Assembly: GCA_027317865.1 (NCBI GenBank)
Contig: DAHVQG010000002.1
Coordinates: 128,001-192,000, forward strand
Source of the DNA: Bdellovibrionales bacterium
GTDB lineage: Bacteria; Bdellovibrionota; Bdellovibrionia; Bdellovibrionales; UBA1609
Length of the DNA stretch: 64,000 nucleotides
Direction of reading: 5' to 3'
A program made the translations under genes and the position numbers. A model generated the notes under the pieces. It did no database searches and was not told the origin of the DNA. It saw only the letters and a program-made list of their open reading frames with translations. This document shows, one piece after another, positions 1-8,304 of the stretch (the stretch's first letter is position 1; the number at the start of each line of letters is the position of its first letter).

Positions 1-288
1 TATTGGCGAATGATTACGGCAGGCCACGGATATTGTTTCAAGTTTGGGGTCACGACTTACAGTTGCCCCGCTGACGTTGTCCAATACGACAGGCGACGAA
101 CCAGGCTGCATGACAGTTCGAGAAACTGAAGCGACCTGCCTTCGCGCCGGCAAATGCGCGCTCACCTGAGCTGGCATCGACGAGGCGTTTGACCAAAACC
201 AAAGTCCAAATACTACGATTAAAAACACAGTAAACCCTACAATTCCAGAACCGAGCTGGCGAAGAATTCGTACATCCGAAAATGGCAT
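1..288 (-). CDS. Hypothetical membrane-anchored protein, partial (runs off window start)
   Basis: Manual translation from ATG 288 is open to base 1: MPFSDVRILRQLGSGIVGFTVFLIVVFGLWFWSNASS...RQVAS..., with one N-terminal TM helix. Not in the ORF track because its stop lies outside the window. Confidence 0.65.
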   Translation of the reverse strand, partial: MPFSDVRILRQLGSGIVGFTVFLIVVFGLWFWSNASSMPAQVSAHLPARRQVASVSRTVMQPGSSPVVLDNVSGATVSRDPKLETISVACRNHSPI

Positions 289-335
289 GTATACTGTTTC
301 GGCTGAAATAGTCAAACATTTGACTGGACCGAGTG

Positions 336-1172
336 CTAATCATTCCACGATAACCCGACCAAGATCAGATTTTGTTTGGGAGTGTACGGGTTCTGATCTT
401 TGGCGATCGACTGCAGAGTGATGTTCGTACTGAGATTGTTGCCCATGTTTCGGCTCGCGATGAATGTCAGAATTTCATCTTCAAATTGGATATCAGTTTG
501 CAAATTAACCCTGTGGGTAAGGTCGTACCCAAGCTGTAAGACAGTATTGGCCTGGCCACCAACCTGAAAGTCGAGCGACTTATGAAACTTTTCATGTGGT
601 TTGGTCAGGCTGATTGTGGCCGTATTCGAGGCCAGTTGGTACCGCATTTGTAGTTTTTCACCTGATTTTGTTTTGTACTCCACGTGGCTCAATTTTTTCT
701 GTACCTGATAGACCTTACGCAGCGATTTACTATGTTTGAAAAAATTGTCGACGTGATATTCGACCAAAGCATTAAGCATATATTGACCAAATTGCCTTTG
801 CTCCGTGATGTAATTGTCGACCGGTATGAAATGGTCAGAGACGGAACTTTCAACGTTTTGGTATTGGTTCGACGCCGACTGAATTTGTTCGTACTCAGTA
901 TAGCCAAAAGTCTTACGGTAATTATTTATGAAATCCTGCTTCAATTTTTTCGTGAAAATCTTATTGTAAAGTTTGGTCGAAACATGCGGCGCCGGCAAAG
1001 GCATGATTACAAATTCGACGCTTGGGTCATTACGCTCACCGCGAACATCTGACAAATAGCCAGGAACCGCGCCATTCGGCGCGTTATCAGCCCATGATTT
1101 TGGGGATGAGCCAATTAAAAGGCCCAAGACCGTGGCTGCGAATATAATTGTCGTTCCGAACCGTTGGCGCAA
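336..1172 (-). CDS. Secreted hypothetical protein, C-terminal beta-rich (possible outer-membrane barrel)
   Basis: TTG at 1172 has GAGGAGG 8 nt upstream and lies downstream of a sigma54 promoter. Signal peptide ends SWA|D. Alternating hydrophobic beta-strand pattern ends LVGLSWND. Confidence 0.7.
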   Translation of the reverse strand: MRQRFGTTIIFAATVLGLLIGSSPKSWADNAPNGAVPGYLSDVRGERNDPSVEFVIMPLPAPHVSTKLYNKIFTKKLKQDFINNYRKTFGYTEYEQIQSASNQYQNVESSVSDHFIPVDNYITEQRQFGQYMLNALVEYHVDNFFKHSKSLRKVYQVQKKLSHVEYKTKSGEKLQMRYQLASNTATISLTKPHEKFHKSLDFQVGGQANTVLQLGYDLTHRVNLQTDIQFEDEILTFIASRNMGNNLSTNITLQSIAKDQNPYTPKQNLILVGLSWND

Positions 1173-1201
1173 GGCAAAGACCTCCTCAACAATACGACAT
1201 T

Positions 1202-1217
1202 TGCAAGCCGGGTTCCA
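1202..1217 (-). promoter_or_regulatory. sigma54 (-24/-12) promoter
   Basis: Minus strand TGGAAC-CCGGC-TTGCA; GG-N10-GC; predicted start just upstream of the GAGGAGG RBS. Confidence 0.7.
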
Positions 1218-1297
1218 ACTCCGCATTTGTAACTATATGAAATAATTAGTCTTTTCTTACACCTGCACAAATCTCTAAAAACCGTTAGTTGGCCCTT

Positions 1298-1311
1298 GTC
1301 AACGGTTCGAC
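1298..1311. promoter_or_regulatory. Putative enhancer-binding-protein site (GTCA-N6-CGAC)
   Basis: GTCAACGGTTCGAC inside TTGTC-N8-GACAA inverted repeat, between divergent genes; same arms as the box at 53194. Confidence 0.45.
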
Positions 1312-1343
1312 AAATGTTCAACAGTTGTGTTTTTTTCTTGAAA

Positions 1344-1382
1344 TTTCAATTACTTAGCGTGTATTAACGGAATCATTGATGC
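1344..1382 (+). promoter_or_regulatory. IHF-like site plus weak sigma54-like promoter
   Basis: TTTCAATTACTTA (one mismatch to WATCAANNNNTTR), then CGGAATCATTGATGC (GG 1369-70, GC 1381-82). Confidence 0.35.
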
Positions 1383-1415
1383 GCGCAAAATTGTCCCTTA
1401 TGCTTTGGGCCCTCT

Positions 1416-2054
1416 ATGAATTCAAATTTAGAACTTCGGCAGCGAAACGATATCCACTTTTCACGCAAATTTTTTCATGTTGTGGGCGTGGTTTTTATGG
1501 CCGTCCTGTACCACAATATGGTCCGCGAAACGGCCTTAACCGTTTTGATATTGGCATCTCTGGGTGCCGTCGTTTTAGAAATCACTCGGGTCCGGATTGC
1601 CGCTCTCAATCGCTTTGTTATTTCGATTTTTGGCCCTTTGATGCGCGAACATGAAAAGACTAATTGGACCGGATTTACGTATTTAATTCTTGGAGTTTTA
1701 ATCATCGTCGTGCTTTTTCCGCATGATATTGTGACTCTTTCGCTTTTGTTTTTGGCTATAGCTGACCCGGCCGCGAGCTATTTTGGAATTCGTTATGGTA
1801 AAGATCGGTTGTGGGGGCAAAAAAGTTTGCAAGGTTCGATTGCCGCATTTTTTGCGTGTGGTCTCACTTCAATGGTATATTATACCGTCCATCATCTGAT
1901 GCTCGACCGACTGTTGATCGTCGGGATTTTATCTGGTTTAGCCGGCGCAATAGCGGAAGCTGCTCCACTTGGTCAACTCGACGATAATTTAGTTTTGCCC
2001 GTCTTGAGCGCTCTACAACTATGGCTGATTTTTTATGTTTTTGGAGGATTTTAG
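1416..2054 (+). CDS. Diacylglycerol/polyprenol (dolichol/phytol-type) kinase family membrane protein
   Basis: RKFFH, ADPAASYFG...KSLQGS and LDDNLVLP motifs; multiple TM helices; upstream of pssA. Confidence 0.85.
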   Translation: MNSNLELRQRNDIHFSRKFFHVVGVVFMAVLYHNMVRETALTVLILASLGAVVLEITRVRIAALNRFVISIFGPLMREHEKTNWTGFTYLILGVLIIVVLFPHDIVTLSLLFLAIADPAASYFGIRYGKDRLWGQKSLQGSIAAFFACGLTSMVYYTVHHLMLDRLLIVGILSGLAGAIAEAAPLGQLDDNLVLPVLSALQLWLIFYVFGGF

Positions 2055-2057
2055 ATC

Positions 2058-3038
2058 GTGGATACGATGAATGTGACATCCAAAAATTCGGGTTCCGATC
2101 TCGATTCGCGCCGAGCCGCGAGACTCGCTCGCAAACTTCGCCGCCGCCGTTTTTTACGTGAGCGATTGCACGTCAACATTTATGTTCTTCCGAACCTGCT
2201 CACAACCGTGAATATGTTTTTTGGCTTTTATGCGATTATTCAATCGATCGCCGGGAATTACATAATGGCCGCCTATGCGATCGTTGCCGCCGCCGTTTTC
2301 GATCAACTCGACGGCAGAGTCGCGCGTATGACTCATTCCACCAGTCACTTTGGTGCGGAATATGATTCGCTTTGCGATTTAGTGAGCTTCGGCATTGCCC
2401 CGGGGGTTCTACTTTATTTGTGGGCTCTTCACCCCTTTGGCCGTCTCGGGTGGCTCGTCAGCTTTTTCTTCGTGGCATGCGGTGCTCTTCGACTGGCGCG
2501 CTTTAATGTGCAAAAGCAAGTGATGAACCCCGCCTATTTTCAAGGTCTGCCAATCCCCATGGCGGCGGGTATTGTGGCGAGTTCAGTTTTGGCGTTTGGC
2601 GATTTGAATTGGAATGCGTCAGGTTCAAAAATCATTCTCGCGATGACAAGTCTTCTTGCCATTGTGATGGTGAGCACCTTCCCGTACCGCAGCTTTAAAG
2701 ACCTTCAGCTTAAACGCCGACTGCCGTTTCACTATTTGGTTGTTGGCGTCTGTTTGATTGCCGTCATTGCGATGCGCCCCGAAGTCATGCTGTTTGTTAC
2801 CTTTATGATTTATGCAATACTTGGCGCCGTAACAGGAATTTTGCGCCTAGGTCGCGCCCCGAAAATGCTCGCAAGCCCTCGCGAACTTCGCGCGAATGAA
2901 GAATACCTAACCGCACCGGAATTTTACGACGATTTGTCAGATGACGACGCGGACGAAGACGATGAGGATTTTGCCGATGAGGATGAAAACTCTGAAGATG
3001 ACTTGGCAATTGAAAACGAACATGAGGACGAAAAATGA
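2058..3038 (+). CDS. pssA: CDP-diacylglycerol--serine O-phosphatidyltransferase
   Basis: LPNLLT, DQLDGRVAR...FGAEYDSLCD (CDP-alcohol phosphotransferase motif), LRLARFN, FQGLPIP. Confidence 0.93.
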   Translation: MDTMNVTSKNSGSDLDSRRAARLARKLRRRRFLRERLHVNIYVLPNLLTTVNMFFGFYAIIQSIAGNYIMAAYAIVAAAVFDQLDGRVARMTHSTSHFGAEYDSLCDLVSFGIAPGVLLYLWALHPFGRLGWLVSFFFVACGALRLARFNVQKQVMNPAYFQGLPIPMAAGIVASSVLAFGDLNWNASGSKIILAMTSLLAIVMVSTFPYRSFKDLQLKRRLPFHYLVVGVCLIAVIAMRPEVMLFVTFMIYAILGAVTGILRLGRAPKMLASPRELRANEEYLTAPEFYDDLSDDDADEDDEDFADEDENSEDDLAIENEHEDEK

Positions 3039-4066
3039 AAATCGGAGTTGTCGGGGCGACCGGCGCCGTTGGTGAAGCTTTCATGGATATATTGGAACGG
3101 CGAAAATTTCCAATCGATGAGTTGCGCGCGTTTGCCTCCGAGAAGAGCGAAGGACTCAATGTAAAATCTTGCGGCCGCGAGTGGCCCGTTCAAAGTTTAC
3201 GTGAGGGTTGTTTTGACGGACTTGATCTCGTGTTTTTCTCGTCGGGCGATAACATATCGCACGAATGGGCGCCTAAAGCAGTAGAATCGGGCGCATTTGC
3301 TGTCGATAATTCAGCTGCTTTTCGCATGAATCCGGATTATGCCTTGGTCGTCCCCGAGGTAAATTCGAATCGTTTACCATCACGAAAGAATCCCACGATT
3401 ATTGCCAACCCCAACTGTTCAACCATTCAACTCGTTGTCGCGTTAAGTGCTTTGCGCCCGTTTGGCCTTACCGATGTGCACGTGGCAACTTACCAGGCGG
3501 TCAGCGGTGCCGGTAAAGCGGGTAAAGAAGAATTACTGGCGCAAACGCACGAGCATCTTCATGCTCAAATGCGGGGAGGTGAGTTTGCGCAAAAGCTGAC
3601 GAATGAGCCCAAAGTGTTCCCGCATGAAATTGCGTTTAACTGTATTCCGCAAATCGGTTCATTTAACGAGAATGGTTTTTGTACCGAAGAAATGAAAATC
3701 GCGAATGAAACTCGAAAAATTCTCGAAATGCCAAAATTAAAGGTAAGCGCTTTTACTGTTCGTGTGCCCGCGCTGAACTCCCATAGCGAAGCGGTTTGGG
3801 TCACTTTCGAGCGAAGGGTTTCAAAAGAAGAAATCATGTCGGCGTTCGAAAAAGGCGCCGGGCTTCGGCTATTTTCGCAGTCGACCGACACCACTCATTA
3901 CCCGACAGCACGAATGGCTTCAGGGGAATTCCCTGTTTTTGTCGGGCGCGTTCATCAAGATTTGAACGATCCGCACACCTGGCTGTTTTGGGTCGTAGCT
4001 GATAACGTCCTCAAAGGAGCCGCACTTAATGGCCTGCAAATCGCGGAGCAAATATTTAAGCAGTAA
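3035..4066 (+). CDS. asd: Aspartate-semialdehyde dehydrogenase
   Basis: GATGAVG, NPNCSTIQ (catalytic Cys), YQAVSGAG, DNVLKGAALN. Confidence 0.97.
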   Translation: MKIGVVGATGAVGEAFMDILERRKFPIDELRAFASEKSEGLNVKSCGREWPVQSLREGCFDGLDLVFFSSGDNISHEWAPKAVESGAFAVDNSAAFRMNPDYALVVPEVNSNRLPSRKNPTIIANPNCSTIQLVVALSALRPFGLTDVHVATYQAVSGAGKAGKEELLAQTHEHLHAQMRGGEFAQKLTNEPKVFPHEIAFNCIPQIGSFNENGFCTEEMKIANETRKILEMPKLKVSAFTVRVPALNSHSEAVWVTFERRVSKEEIMSAFEKGAGLRLFSQSTDTTHYPTARMASGEFPVFVGRVHQDLNDPHTWLFWVVADNVLKGAALNGLQIAEQIFKQ

Positions 4067-4125
4067 CCAGCGGAGACAAACCCTGATTTTTTGACATTTC
4101 AGCCGCCTGATGAAATCATGAACAT

Positions 4126-5664
4126 ATGGATCAAGGGCGGGGATCAAATACAATCTTTTGTCTTGGCGTAAGTTTCGCCCTAACCGTTTTACTATTGGCG
4201 TTTTCGTCGCTTGCATACGCACAGGTCGCCCAATTGACCGGCGTTTCGGGAGCGTCAAATTATTCGATCGGCACCTACAACACCGCCCCTGCGATTTATG
4301 GCGGAGTGGTTGGAAATGAACCAACCCAGTGCGCAAACACGGGCACGCCGGATGGTGTCGATACTTGCGACACATGTATGAGCACGACAACCACGGCTTG
4401 CAATACCAAGCGAATTTATTCGTCACTTCAACTTTCGATCAATTTTGAAATTACCGGTGCGGTTTCGGGATATGCGTTTCTCGTCGTCGACAACAATGGA
4501 ACTTACCAATCTCTTGCTTCTTGGCCTTATTTGTTGGGTCAGGGCTCCGCTGGGACGCTTCAAACAACCTGGGGACAATTATGCGCGGATTTACCTAACA
4601 ATAGCGGTGGCACATGCGAAAGTGCGGCCAGCACGAGCGCAGATACGCTTTATATCGACATCCAACCGGCGTGCGGCGCCGGCGCTACGAATGATTGCGG
4701 CACTTCGTTTAGTGGAACACTTTCAGGTTCCACTCAGTCGATTCAGCTTTATGTTTTAGATCCTGCTGGCCCCAGCTCTGACCAATATAGCCCCACCAAT
4801 AGTTCAACAAATCCGACGTACATGTCGGCTTGCATTAACAATTTGGCATCTACAACCGTTTCGCCGGCCTACGGCTTTTGTGGGTTCACAGCCCAAGCGG
4901 GAGACGGCGAAGTCTACATACAAGACCCCACCGAAAATACGGCTTGCCCGGCCAATGGATTATGGACTGGGGTCCGCGTTTTTTACGAACCGGATAATGG
5001 CTCGAATAATTTTACGACGATTAACTATGGTTCCCCATCCGCCGATTTTTCAATTAACCCGACCAACTGCACTCCTGAAGGGTCGTGGATCGTTAAAGGT
5101 TTAACAAACGGTGAAGGTTATTTCTTTCTCATTTCGATGGTCGACGCGGCCGACAATAATGTGTTTTTGTTAAACGGAAACAATCTACTTGCGGGCAATC
5201 CGAGTACGAATAATGGTGGCGCAGTGCCCGGCGCCGCGTGCCCTTACCCTCAAGACACCGGTTATGTGCAACAAGGCATCAGCGCATACGCCAACTGTTC
5301 GGAATACGCCGTGCCCGGGCAAGTGGTTGGACTTTTACCCGGCGGAGTTCATTGTTTCATTGCCACTGCTGCGTTTGGCTCGCCGATTGAGCCCGTTGTG
5401 AAAACGCTGCGACAATTTCGCGATCAATTTTTGCTCCCCTATCACTGGGGACGTCAATTTGTACGGTTTTACTATAAACATAGCCCCTACTACGCGGTCT
5501 ACGTTCAAGACTTTCCAATTATAAAGCATCTCACACAAGCGGCGCTTATTCCCGTTTGGGGATTCGCGTGGCTCATGTTGAACTATGGCGCAATTGCAAC
5601 CGTACTTATTTTGTTGGGCATCACCACTCTTATCATTTTTGAAATTCGAGAATCGCGCCGATGA
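4126..5664 (+). CDS. Cys-rich secreted protein with FN3-like segment and CFI-box-CTERM domain
   Basis: Signal peptide (AYA|Q); 14 Cys in a T/S/N/G-rich body; GLTNGEGYFF..VDAADN FN3-like motif; CFIATAAFGS...LRQFRDQFL...GRQFVRFYYKHSP followed by hydrophobic helices and a basic end. Confidence 0.85.
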   Translation: MDQGRGSNTIFCLGVSFALTVLLLAFSSLAYAQVAQLTGVSGASNYSIGTYNTAPAIYGGVVGNEPTQCANTGTPDGVDTCDTCMSTTTTACNTKRIYSSLQLSINFEITGAVSGYAFLVVDNNGTYQSLASWPYLLGQGSAGTLQTTWGQLCADLPNNSGGTCESAASTSADTLYIDIQPACGAGATNDCGTSFSGTLSGSTQSIQLYVLDPAGPSSDQYSPTNSSTNPTYMSACINNLASTTVSPAYGFCGFTAQAGDGEVYIQDPTENTACPANGLWTGVRVFYEPDNGSNNFTTINYGSPSADFSINPTNCTPEGSWIVKGLTNGEGYFFLISMVDAADNNVFLLNGNNLLAGNPSTNNGGAVPGAACPYPQDTGYVQQGISAYANCSEYAVPGQVVGLLPGGVHCFIATAAFGSPIEPVVKTLRQFRDQFLLPYHWGRQFVRFYYKHSPYYAVYVQDFPIIKHLTQAALIPVWGFAWLMLNYGAIATVLILLGITTLIIFEIRESRR

Positions 5665-6503
5665 AATGTTTTTTTGCGCTCTGTCTTTTTTTGGTAACGG
5701 CACTGTCAGCAGCGGGGTTCGCGCAAACAAGTGGTAAATCAAATAAACCCACTCGGGGGTTCGACCTCGGCAGCCACGATTATCATCCCGACATGTCAGG
5801 CATTCCCCGGCCGTCACGCTATAAAGAAAATCCGCTCGCCACAAAAGGGCTCTACAAAATTACGGCCAATGGAGTTTATTATTACCGCGAAAATCTTCCG
5901 CCACCGAATCGCACGGTCTCTGTACGCGTCGGGACGTTTTCGCCAACCAGTCTTGTTAATCCCGATAATTCGAACGCCACTTATTCGGCGATCTATGGGA
6001 CAAACCAATCCCCGATCATCCTCTACGATTATGAGCGGCCATTTTTTCGCTCGTTCGGCCGCTTGGCCTGGAAGCTCGGAACGGGATTATTCGTTGCCCA
6101 GGGTCATGGCATATTTGTTCAGCAAAACCGTGACACCCCACCCGAGCAATTCACGCTGATCGGCATTCCGCTCAGTGCGGGCCTCGTTTATAGTCTGCAA
6201 TTTTCGCGTCTCCAATGGGTTGTACCTTACGCCGAGGCTGGCGGCGATTTTTTTGGCCTCACTGAAATACGTAGCGATAAAGCGGCCGGATTTAGCGGAA
6301 TTGCCGGTGCGCCGACCCTGCATTTTTCATTTGGCGCGCGCGTTCCGCTCGGATTTAATGTGCGCGATTTTCTTGATCTTGCTCGCGAATACGGGATCAG
6401 CGTGATGTACTTAACGGGCGAGTATCGCGACTACATCGGGCTTTCGAACCACTTCGACCTCTCGGGTAGCACCGTTACAGTAGGCGTCGCTGCGGATTAT
6501 TGA
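5661..6503 (+). CDS. Putative outer-membrane beta-barrel protein
   Basis: Signal peptide (GFA|Q); amphipathic strands (VPYAEAGG); C-terminal VTVGVAADY beta-signal; ATGA overlap with upstream gene. Confidence 0.75.
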   Translation: MKCFFALCLFLVTALSAAGFAQTSGKSNKPTRGFDLGSHDYHPDMSGIPRPSRYKENPLATKGLYKITANGVYYYRENLPPPNRTVSVRVGTFSPTSLVNPDNSNATYSAIYGTNQSPIILYDYERPFFRSFGRLAWKLGTGLFVAQGHGIFVQQNRDTPPEQFTLIGIPLSAGLVYSLQFSRLQWVVPYAEAGGDFFGLTEIRSDKAAGFSGIAGAPTLHFSFGARVPLGFNVRDFLDLAREYGISVMYLTGEYRDYIGLSNHFDLSGSTVTVGVAADY

Positions 6504-6560
6504 ATTTACGTCGTGAATCGTCGTTGAACAGACGCCTAACAGTCGCTATGGTCGCGGCAA

Positions 6561-7355
6561 ATGAAAACGCGGATCAAGCTTATTCTTCGCTATGACGGGA
6601 CCGATTACGGCGGTTGGCAACGCCAGACTAAAAACACCGGCAAGCCGACTATTCAAGAAACGCTAGAGGACGTCCTTGGTAAAATTTTTGAATCAAAAGT
6701 GCGCGTCGCGGGGTCCGGTCGCACAGACGCCGGAGTGCACGCCGAAGCACAAGTGGCACACTTTGACGCCCCAAGAGCGGTCGATAACATTAACATTGTA
6801 CAGGCGCTCAACTCGATGTTGCCGGATTCAATCGCCGTTTTAAAATCATTTGCCGCTCCCGACGAATTTCATGCGCTATTTTCAGCAACCGGTAAAACCT
6901 ATAGATACGTGATTTACAATGGACCCATCCGCGATCCGCTTCAGATTCGCTATGCCACTTGGATAAAAAAGCCCCTCGACATTGAAATACTCAATCAATT
7001 TTCAAAAGTCCTGATCGGCGAGCATGATTTTAAGAGCTTTCAAACGAGCGGTACCGAAGTCAAAACAACGGTTCGTCAAATCAGCGAAGCCCAGTGGGCA
7101 CGAGGCAGTGGCGCAGACGGCGGACGTCTTCTAGAGTTTCGCATCACCGGCAGCGGGTTTTTGAAACAAATGGTGCGTAATATTGTTGGCACGCTCCTTT
7201 ATCTACATCAAAACCGGGGTACAGCGGGCGATATGAAGAAAATCCTTGAATTCTGCGACCGTAGAAAGGCCAAAATGACGGCTCATCCCGAAGGACTGCA
7301 CCTGCATGCGGTCTATTATCCGCCTGAACTTGACAAGGCCTGCCGTGAACTCTAA
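6561..7355 (+). CDS. truA: tRNA pseudouridine(38-40) synthase
   Basis: YDGTDYGGWQ, GSGRTDAGVHA, GFLKQMVRNIVG. Confidence 0.97.
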   Translation: MKTRIKLILRYDGTDYGGWQRQTKNTGKPTIQETLEDVLGKIFESKVRVAGSGRTDAGVHAEAQVAHFDAPRAVDNINIVQALNSMLPDSIAVLKSFAAPDEFHALFSATGKTYRYVIYNGPIRDPLQIRYATWIKKPLDIEILNQFSKVLIGEHDFKSFQTSGTEVKTTVRQISEAQWARGSGADGGRLLEFRITGSGFLKQMVRNIVGTLLYLHQNRGTAGDMKKILEFCDRRKAKMTAHPEGLHLHAVYYPPELDKACREL

Positions 7356-7358
7356 AAC
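7330..7358 (+). promoter_or_regulatory. sigma70-like promoter for rplM-rpsI, within the truA 3' end
   Basis: TTGACA-N17-TAAAAC. Confidence 0.55.
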
Positions 7359-7382
7359 TGTCGACTTTACGGAGATATAATA

Positions 7383-7853
7383 ATGGCAACAAAACCCGGC
7401 AAAACGTGGGTGGCAAAAAAAGGCGTCAAAAACGACGGCGAAGTGACTGTTGAACAAAAATGGTGGCTTGTTGACGCCAAAGACCAAACCCTCGGTCGTC
7501 TTGCCACTCAAGTAGCAATGGTTATTCGCGGCAAAACAAAACCGAGTTTCACCCCACACGTCGATACCGGTGATTTTGTCGTTGTAATAAACAGCGATCA
7601 GATTCAAATGAGCGGTAAAAAGTGGCAAGAAAAGCTCTATTACCGACATTCGCGCTATTTCGGCGGCATTAAATCTTTGACGGCCCAAGAGCAAAAAGAA
7701 AAAGATTCGACATTTATTGTGACCGAAGCAGTTCGTGGGATGCTCCCGAAAAACAAACTGTCGCGAAATCTAATTAAAAAATTAAAAGTTTATCGGGGGA
7801 CGGAACATCCTCACGCACGACAAAAACCCGAAGCTTTAACAATTTCGAGATAA
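7383..7853 (+). CDS. rplM: 50S ribosomal protein L13
   Basis: WWLVDA...LGRLA, FTPHVDTGD, VRGMLPKN. Confidence 0.98.
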   Translation: MATKPGKTWVAKKGVKNDGEVTVEQKWWLVDAKDQTLGRLATQVAMVIRGKTKPSFTPHVDTGDFVVVINSDQIQMSGKKWQEKLYYRHSRYFGGIKSLTAQEQKEKDSTFIVTEAVRGMLPKNKLSRNLIKKLKVYRGTEHPHARQKPEALTISR

Positions 7854-7878
7854 CAGGAAAAATAACGAGGAATTAAAA

Positions 7879-8277
7879 ATGGCAAAAAGCACTGTCTACT
7901 ATGCAACCGGCAAACGTAAAACCAGCGCAGCTCGCGTTTTTTTAAAAGCGGGTACAGGCAAAGTAGATGTGAACGCGATGCCAATAGATAAATATCTGCC
8001 TACGCAAGTGAGCCTCATGAAAGCTCTATCGCCATTTTCGGTGACTGAAGCTAAAGATAAATTCGACGCCAGCATTACAGTTGTAGGCGGCGGTAAAAGC
8101 GGACAAGCCGGCGCCATTTGCCACGGAATTACACGCGCGCTTTTAGTTGCAGACGGAGAAAAATATCGCCCGCTTTTGAAGAAGGCTGGCCTTGTCACCC
8201 GAGATGACCGTATGGTTGAACGTAAAAAATTCGGCAAGCACAAAGCCCGCAAACGTCCACAATTCTCAAAACGTTAA
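7879..8277 (+). CDS. rpsI: 30S ribosomal protein S9
   Basis: TGKRKTS, GGGKSGQAGA, C-terminal QFSKR. Confidence 0.98.
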   Translation: MAKSTVYYATGKRKTSAARVFLKAGTGKVDVNAMPIDKYLPTQVSLMKALSPFSVTEAKDKFDASITVVGGGKSGQAGAICHGITRALLVADGEKYRPLLKKAGLVTRDDRMVERKKFGKHKARKRPQFSKR

Positions 8278-8283
8278 TTAAGC

Positions 8284-8304
8284 GTTTAGGTTTGTCACCT
8301 AAAC
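8284..8304. terminator. Possible hairpin between convergent rpsI and murD
   Basis: GTTTAGGT-ttgtc-ACCTAAAC, 8-bp AT-rich stem, no clear U tract. Confidence 0.3.

Noticed and set aside
50-343. 97-aa ORF in the track
   Set aside because: Another frame (ATG 288 to window edge) gives a more protein-like TM-anchored product; this one has no RBS or recognisable features.
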